Shown: positions 58,401-64,000 of the stretch, piece by piece | How the letters are laid out: every line of letters starts with the position of its first letter | How positions within the stretch are numbered: the first letter of the stretch is position 1 | NCBI GenBank assembly: GCA_965644315.1 | Contig: CBFFRQ010000053.1 | Location: forward strand, 186,001-250,000 | Source of the DNA: Caecitellus pseudoparvulus | Taxonomy: Eukaryota; Protista; Bigyra: Bicosoecida | DNA: 64,000 nucleotides | Direction of reading: 5' to 3' | Translations under genes and position numbers: made by a program | Notes under the pieces: model-generated | The model's database searches: none | What the model was told of the DNA's origin: nothing | Seen by the model: only the letters and a program-made list of their open reading frames with translations

Positions 58401-59267
58401 ATGGCCGACGTCTCCCCCGAGAGCACACAGGCAGTGGAGAGCGTCCCTGCAGCAGAGCTGCCACCTGAAGGTGTAGTAGAAGCTGCAGCTGAGAGTGGGG
58501 GTGATGATGGTGGACCAAGCGACGCGGAGCGAGGGGAGCTTCCATCTGGCCCCATCGACCTGACCAGCATGGACTTCTCTGAGGATGCAGCCGCGCTCAC
58601 ACGTGATGACGGGCACCCCAAGGACGCAGAGAAGGCGGCAGAGTGCAAGGCCAAAGGCAATGCGTGCGTGGCTGCTATACGCCTCGCCACTTGCCCGCCT
58701 GCGTGCACGTGTGATGGTGCTCGCCGCTGACGCAGGCACTTTGGGGCTGGGGAGTGGGACGCGGCGGTGGAGTGCTACAGCGAGGCACTGGATTGGGCCC
58801 CCGTAGGGACTGACGAGGAGAAGGCTGCTGCGGCGGTGTACTTTGCCAACCGAGGCGCTGCGCTGATGCAGCTGGAGGTGTGGGAGGATGCCTTCGCCGA
58901 CTGCACGCAGGCCATGGCACTGAACCCGGCGTATGTGAAGGCAATCCTGCGGCATGCGAGTGTGGCGCGGCGCCTGGAGAAGCTGGATGAGGCGGCTGCG
59001 GACTATGAGCGCGTGCTGGAGTTGGAGCCCGGGCACAGTGTGGCGACGACTGAGCTGCGGGTGGTGAAGGCGGCCATTGCCAAGCGGGACGAAGCGCTGA
59101 AGGAGGAGATGTTCTCCAAACTCAAGGAGCTGGGGGACACGGTGCTGGGCAACTTTGGACTGTCGACGGACAATTTTCAGTTCAAACAGGACCCCAAGAC
59201 GGGCGGGTACAACATCAATTTTGTGCAGAACCCGCAGGGCGCAGGGGGCAAGGCCGGCGCGAAGTAG
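58401..59267 (+). CDS. TTC1: Tetratricopeptide repeat protein 1 (TTC1); 2 exons
   Basis: Three TPRs, then the diagnostic 'LKEEM.SKLKELG.TVLG.FGLSTDNFQ..QDP.TGGY.INF'. Intron ~58664-58735. Confidence 0.92.
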
Positions 59268-59320
59268 GCATGGCAGGGGCCTGTTCGTTTCCTGAGTCGC
59301 CTCCTGGGCGGTGGTTTGCG

Positions 59321-59360
59321 TGCTGGGTGCCTGCTGGATGCCTGCTGGGTGCCTGCTGGG
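59321..59360. repeat. Short tandem repeat, ~3.5 copies of TGCTGGRTGCC
   Basis: tgctgggtgcc tgctggatgcc tgctgggtgcc tgctggg in the TTC1 3' flank. Confidence 0.6.
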
Positions 59361-59793
59361 CGGCACGGAAAGTGGACTGCGCTCTGCAGTGCTTGCGACG
59401 GACTCCGTCCGCTGGATGCCCCCAACTGTGCGTGGCATGACCAAGGCATGTGGACACATTGAGCCCAAACAGCGTTGACAGCCTAGGGTGCGAGTGGGCC
59501 GCATTGTCGGCCAGTGATCCAAGAATTCCTCAGATGAGCCGGCACATGCCTCGACTCAGCCTGTCCTGACCAGGCGTGTCCTTTTCATTCTGGTTCGGAA
59601 CCCAAATCCACGCCTCAGTCTCGCGATGGAATGAACCATCGCACACTACACTGCACTTCATCTCGGCTTGCCGCTTCGATAGGTGCAGGGCGTGTCAGAG
59701 CGTTTCGTACGCGTTTCGCTTCGCTTGCGCTGCCACGCCTTTCAGTGCTCAGGCACTGCTCGCTGCAAGGTTCGCGGAGCAAGGTTGCGCAGC

Positions 59794-62700
59794 ATGGCAG
59801 GAGACAGTGACAAGTCCCTCTCTTCTGTGTTCGTGAAGGGCCTTCCCTTCTCAGCAAACCAAGAGGTGCGAACATGATGCAGGAGGCAGTGTTCGCCTCA
59901 CTCGCAACCAGTCTCGCCGGCGTGCCACGCTCCGCAGGAGCTCGAGGCGATCTTCGAGGACATTGGGCCTGTGCGATTGGCGCGCATTGTTCGAGACACT
60001 CGCACGGGTGACTCCAAGGGTTTCGGCTTCGTCCGCTTGTGAGTACCGAGCGCGTGAGCGTTGTGGTGCGTGTCCTCCACACCGGTGCCGACCCTCCCAC
60101 ACAGTGCTGTGCCAGGGGACGCCGAGAAGGCAGCTGCAGAGTGGAACGGCAAGAGCTATGCGGGGCGCAAGCTACTCGTGGAGCGCGCGTTGAAGCGAGG
60201 CGTGAAGTACAGCGGGGACGGCAGCAGCAGTGCGCAGGCCCAGCCGGCGGCGTCGGCAGGGGACCTGGAGTCCCGCCCAGGCCCGCCCCTGAAGCACCGC
60301 AACCTGGACACGCTGCCCATTCCTGGGCCAAAGCTGGCCACCACCCTGCTGGTGTGGGGCCTGCCTCACGATGTGGACATGAAGCGCCTCAGGCAGCGCC
60401 TGCGCAAGGCTGCCTTGACGGGGGGCCTCGCCAAGCGAGTGATGGCTGCAGCCAAGGAAGGCAGCAGCAAGGCGGAGGAGGGCGGCCTGGTGCAGCTGGC
60501 GGGGGTGAGCGTGATGCAAGCGCCCCACGGCGGCATCAGCCCCGTGCTGGAGCTGGAGGAGGTGCCCACCATGCCGTACACCACCAACCACCCGGGAGTG
60601 GAGCCCGGCACGGCATCCCGCAAGGCTGCACCCCCCACCGTGTTTGCCGTCACCTTCACCGACCGCCACTTCGTGGACAGGGCGCTCGCTGCCCTGGAGG
60701 GCAAGGCCTTGCTGGGCGCTAGCGTGACCCTGCGCCGGGCGGGTGCCGTGCTGCCTCGTGTGCCTGCCCGGCGCAAGGCACGCCTCATCGTCCGCAACTT
60801 GCCCTGGGCTGCCGGGCACATGGACCTGTACAACACCTTCGTGGCGGTGGGCCCAGTGGCACAAGTGCACATGCCTCGCCGCAAGCCCAAGGCTGGCTCG
60901 GAGGCGGCTGCCGCTGCGCACGGGCGGCGGGAGGGGCACAAGGGGCAGCACGCGGGGTATGCCTTTGTGCAGTACTACACGCACGCTGACGCCGTCACGG
61001 CGGTGGCCAAGTTGAACGAGGTGAAGGTGCTGGACCGCCCTGTGGCGGTGGACTGGGCCACACCCCGTGAGCGCGAAGAGGCGGCCGGTGCCGGTGCCGG
61101 TGCCGACGCAGGCAGCGCCGCCTCGCGCTCATCGGGCGAGGGCAGTGGCTTGGACTCTGACTCGGACAGCAGTGCGACAGGGTCGGGGTCAGGCACAGAC
61201 AGCAGCGACAGCGACTCGGGCAGTGACTCCGGCAGTGACTCTGGTAGTGACTCCGACAGTGACTCCGACAGTGACTCGCAGGACACGCCGGCCAGCGACG
61301 AGGAGTCTGACGCAGGCAGCGTGGCCAGTGACAGCGCAGGCGGCGACGCCGGCCCCGAGGCAGCCCCAGCTCCGGCAGTGGCCGAGCTGTCCCTAACTGT
61401 GTTCATCCGGAACATCTCGTTCGACACGAAGGAGGACGCCTTGTACGAAGCACTGCGCGTGTTCGGGCCGCTGCGGTACGTGGTGATCGTGAAGGACCGC
61501 GCGACGGGGCTGAGCAAGGGCACCGCCTTTGCCGCCTTCAAGTACGCCGCCTCCGCCGCTGCCGTGGTGCTGGCGTCACACAAGGGCAAGGACCCCACTG
61601 CCCACGTCGCGTCCACGGGCGTGACGGTGGCGGCGTGGAGCGCCGAGGCAGTCATGGCCTCTGCGCCGGAGGCCATCCGGACCAAGCTCATGGCAGCGGT
61701 GGCCAAGGCGCTGCCGGAGGGGGGTCTCACGGTGGACAGCCGGCCCCTGTCCATCTTCCCCGCCGTGGACAAGGCGTCTAGCACCATGCTGGCGGAGGAC
61801 CACGCGGCGGGGGGCGGCAAGGCCTTTGACAAGCGGCACTTGTACCTGTCCAAGGAGGGGCGTATTACGGGGGGGGACGCCGGCGCCGTGGACGTGCCCC
61901 GCGGAGACATGGCCAAGCGCGACGCAGCCGCCCGGGACGCCAAGGTGAAGCTGGCGTCCCCGCTGTTCTTCGTGTCCCCCACCAAGCTGTCCATGCGCAA
62001 CATGGCCAAGTGGATGACAGACGCGGACCTGCGCAAGCTGGCCAGCAAGGCGGCTGCACGGGGCATGGCGGCGGGCCTCGTCACGCACCAAGAAGGCGAC
62101 CCCGCCCTGTGGCTGCCAGAGTGGAAGGCGGCCGGCGGTGCGGCCGCCACCCCCCCCGCCACCCGAGTCAAGGTGGTCAAGGTGAAGGTGTTCCGGGAGG
62201 CTGTCGGGGCCCTCAGCACCGGCGGCAAGGTAAAGCTGCAGAACGCCAAGTCCAAGCAGGCCCGCGCCATCAACCGAGGCTCCCTGCCCGTGCAGTCCGT
62301 GGCGCTGACGGGCGTCTCCAAGGGCTTTGGTTTCGTGGAGTTCGCCGAGCACATCCACGCCCTGGCTGCGCTGCGTGAACTGAACAACAACCCCGCCTAC
62401 GGCACCTACGCAGCGGGCGGCAAGGCCAGCATGAAGGTGCCTGAGGAAAAGCGAGCGCGCCCCATCGTCTCCTTTGCCGTGGAGAACAAGGCCAAGCTCA
62501 TGGTGCAAGAGAAGCGCCGTGCGGCGGCGGAAAAGACGCGAGCCAAGATCGCGGCCACGTACGGGGACGACGCACCTGGCAGTGGCAAGTCTGGCAAGGG
62601 CGGCGCGTCCCAGCAGGACGCCGCCCCCGCGAAGCCCGCACAGGAGCCATCAGACACCCCTGCACCAGAGCCCTTGACGGCGGAGGAGGAGGCTGCCGCT

Positions 62701-63423
62701 GCCGCGAAGGCTGAGAAGAAGCGCGCGAAGAAGGAGCGCCAGAAAGCACGCAAGGCAGCCGAGGCAGCGGCGGCGGCCGAGGTGGGAGCTGCTGAGGATG
62801 CCACGCCGGCCCCAGTTCCAGCTCAGGCGAGCCAGAAGGCAGCGCAGAGGGAGGCAGAGCCTGTGGAGGCGGTTGTGCCTGCTGCAGCGCCGGGCACGGG
62901 GAAGAAGGGCACGAAACGCAGCAGGGCGAGCAGCGAAGACGAAGTGCTGTTCTTCGACGGCAGCGGCGCCCTGGAGCAGGGCACGTCGTACTCCGACGAC
63001 GAGTCTGTCGCGAGCTTCGGCGAGGGTGGCGCGGACGCTGATGAGCTGCAGGCACTGCTGTCGGCGGCCAAGGCTGCCAACCCGTTTGAGGAGGGCGGCG
63101 AGGCAGCAGCGCCTGTGGCAGCCAAGCCCGCGCGCGGCAAGGCTGGGAAGGGCGGCAAGGCGCGCGCCACTGCCACTGCCGAGGCGGCGGCAGCTGCCCT
63201 GCGTGGGCGGCCCGTTGGCGGTGCCAAGCGCGGGCGTGGGCAAGGTGGCCCGGGTGGGATGAGCAAGGGTGCTGCGGCTTCCGAGGCACGGGGCGCCAAG
63301 TTCAGGAAGGTGCGGGAGCGCAGGGAAGGCAAGGCGGGCAAGGGGGGCAAGAGCCGCTTCGCCGCCTCGGACAAGCTGGACGGCATCATCGCGGCGCGGC
63401 AGGCGAAACGCAGCCGACGGTGA
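59794..63423 (+). CDS. RBM28: Multi-RRM nucleolar protein RBM28/Nop4; 3 exons
   Basis: RRM1 (VFVKGLPF…SKGFGFV), RRM2 (RLIVRNLPW…RPVAVDWA), RRM3 (TVFIRNISFD…SKGTAF), 'DKR.LYL.KEG', RRM4 (VSPTKLS.RN…FVEF.EH.HAL.ALR.LNNNP…RPIV.FAVEN). Introns ~59866-59937 and ~60039-60104. Confidence 0.93.
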
Positions 63424-63632
63424 CGTGCCGTTCGCTGAGGGAAGGCCCCTGTCGGCGCACTGCAGCCAGTGGCAGTGACTGGCAAATACACACAGCTCGC
63501 TCCCCCCCCCCCCTTTCCTGCTTGTATGCGGACCTGCCGTTCCCTGGCGCCGTCTCTTGAGGGGACCATCCAGCGCAGGCAGCCACCCTTTGGCGTGGAC
63601 CTGTGGCTCGCAAGTGTGGTGACTTGAAGGGT

Positions 63633-64000
63633 TCACCACCACACCATGGCCTGCATCAGGCATGTCGCTTCTAGGTGGCAGCACACCCTACCAGGAACGT
63701 TGAGAGCCTGCCGTGTGGTGGCTGCTGGGTGCTTGCCTAGCTCGTCCAACTTCCGCAGCCTGTCCGCCACGCCCACCCCCCCCGTGGACGCGGCAGAGCC
63801 GCCTCCGCCGCCACCTCCAGAGGATGTACCAAGCGACAAGGTGTGTCGGAGCTGGGGCCGTCCGTGTCCCCCCCGCGAGCGCTCCCGCCGCTGCATGGTC
63901 AATTCCCCTCTTCACAGGGCAAGCAGGGCGGTGGCTCGTGGTTCGATTCGCCGTCAGCGCCCTGGCTGCTGGGCGCCCTCGCCGTGGCTGGCACCTCTGC
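63633..64000 (-). CDS. Probable 3' end of a gene running off the window
   Basis: Open minus-strand frame convergent with RBM28, Gly/Ser-rich; no family recognised. Confidence 0.3.

Noticed and set aside
536-60104. Possibility that the short introns are introner elements
   Set aside because: No shared internal sequence, terminal inverted repeats or target-site duplications were evident by eye.
61150-61290. (AGTGACTC)n-like repeats here and at ~42460, ~52830 and ~30520
   Set aside because: They encode Ser-Asp low-complexity tracts; not CRISPR or mobile repeats.
63936-63955. GGTTCGATTC resembling a tRNA T-loop / B-box
   Set aside because: The flanks do not pair into a T-stem and no cloverleaf forms.

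Overview
Gene-dense (~29 genes in 64 kb), GC-rich eukaryotic nuclear DNA from a protist. It is most likely a heterotrophic stramenopile; this is inferred from aureochrome-type RNRxHAxxSRxRKK bZIP basic regions, an RHL1 homologue and a CRT-like transporter. Genes have short GT-AG introns (mostly ~60-200 nt), concentrated at their 5' ends, and intergenic gaps are tiny (11-550 nt). The six-frame ORF track is therefore mostly GC-driven antisense shadow ORFs plus single exons; I rebuilt the spliced models by eye. I could not support any rRNA, tRNA, CRISPR array or transposon. The most striking signal is non-coding: the hexamer AAT(G/A)CA lies within ~75 nt of the stop codon of 21 of 29 genes. Between four convergent gene pairs it forms a palindrome (e.g. 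GCAATGCATTGC, CAATGCATGCATTG) that fills most of the gap in the two tightest pairs. This is a candidate non-canonical, bidirectional polyadenylation/3'-end signal. Several tandem genes lacking it are candidates for polycistronic or read-through transcripts, including a possible spliced C8orf82-NAD synthetase fusion. Unusual proteins include a catalytically dead EXD3/Mut-7 nuclease, NadD and SET proteins each carrying an extra degenerate domain copy, a double bZIP, a TPR-TMEM33-CaaX fusion, a QTGAL (tRNA queuosine galactosyltransferase) homologue, a secreted beta-lactamase-fold hydrolase and a CudA/STAT-like factor. All protein assignments come from motifs recognised by eye, not from database searches.
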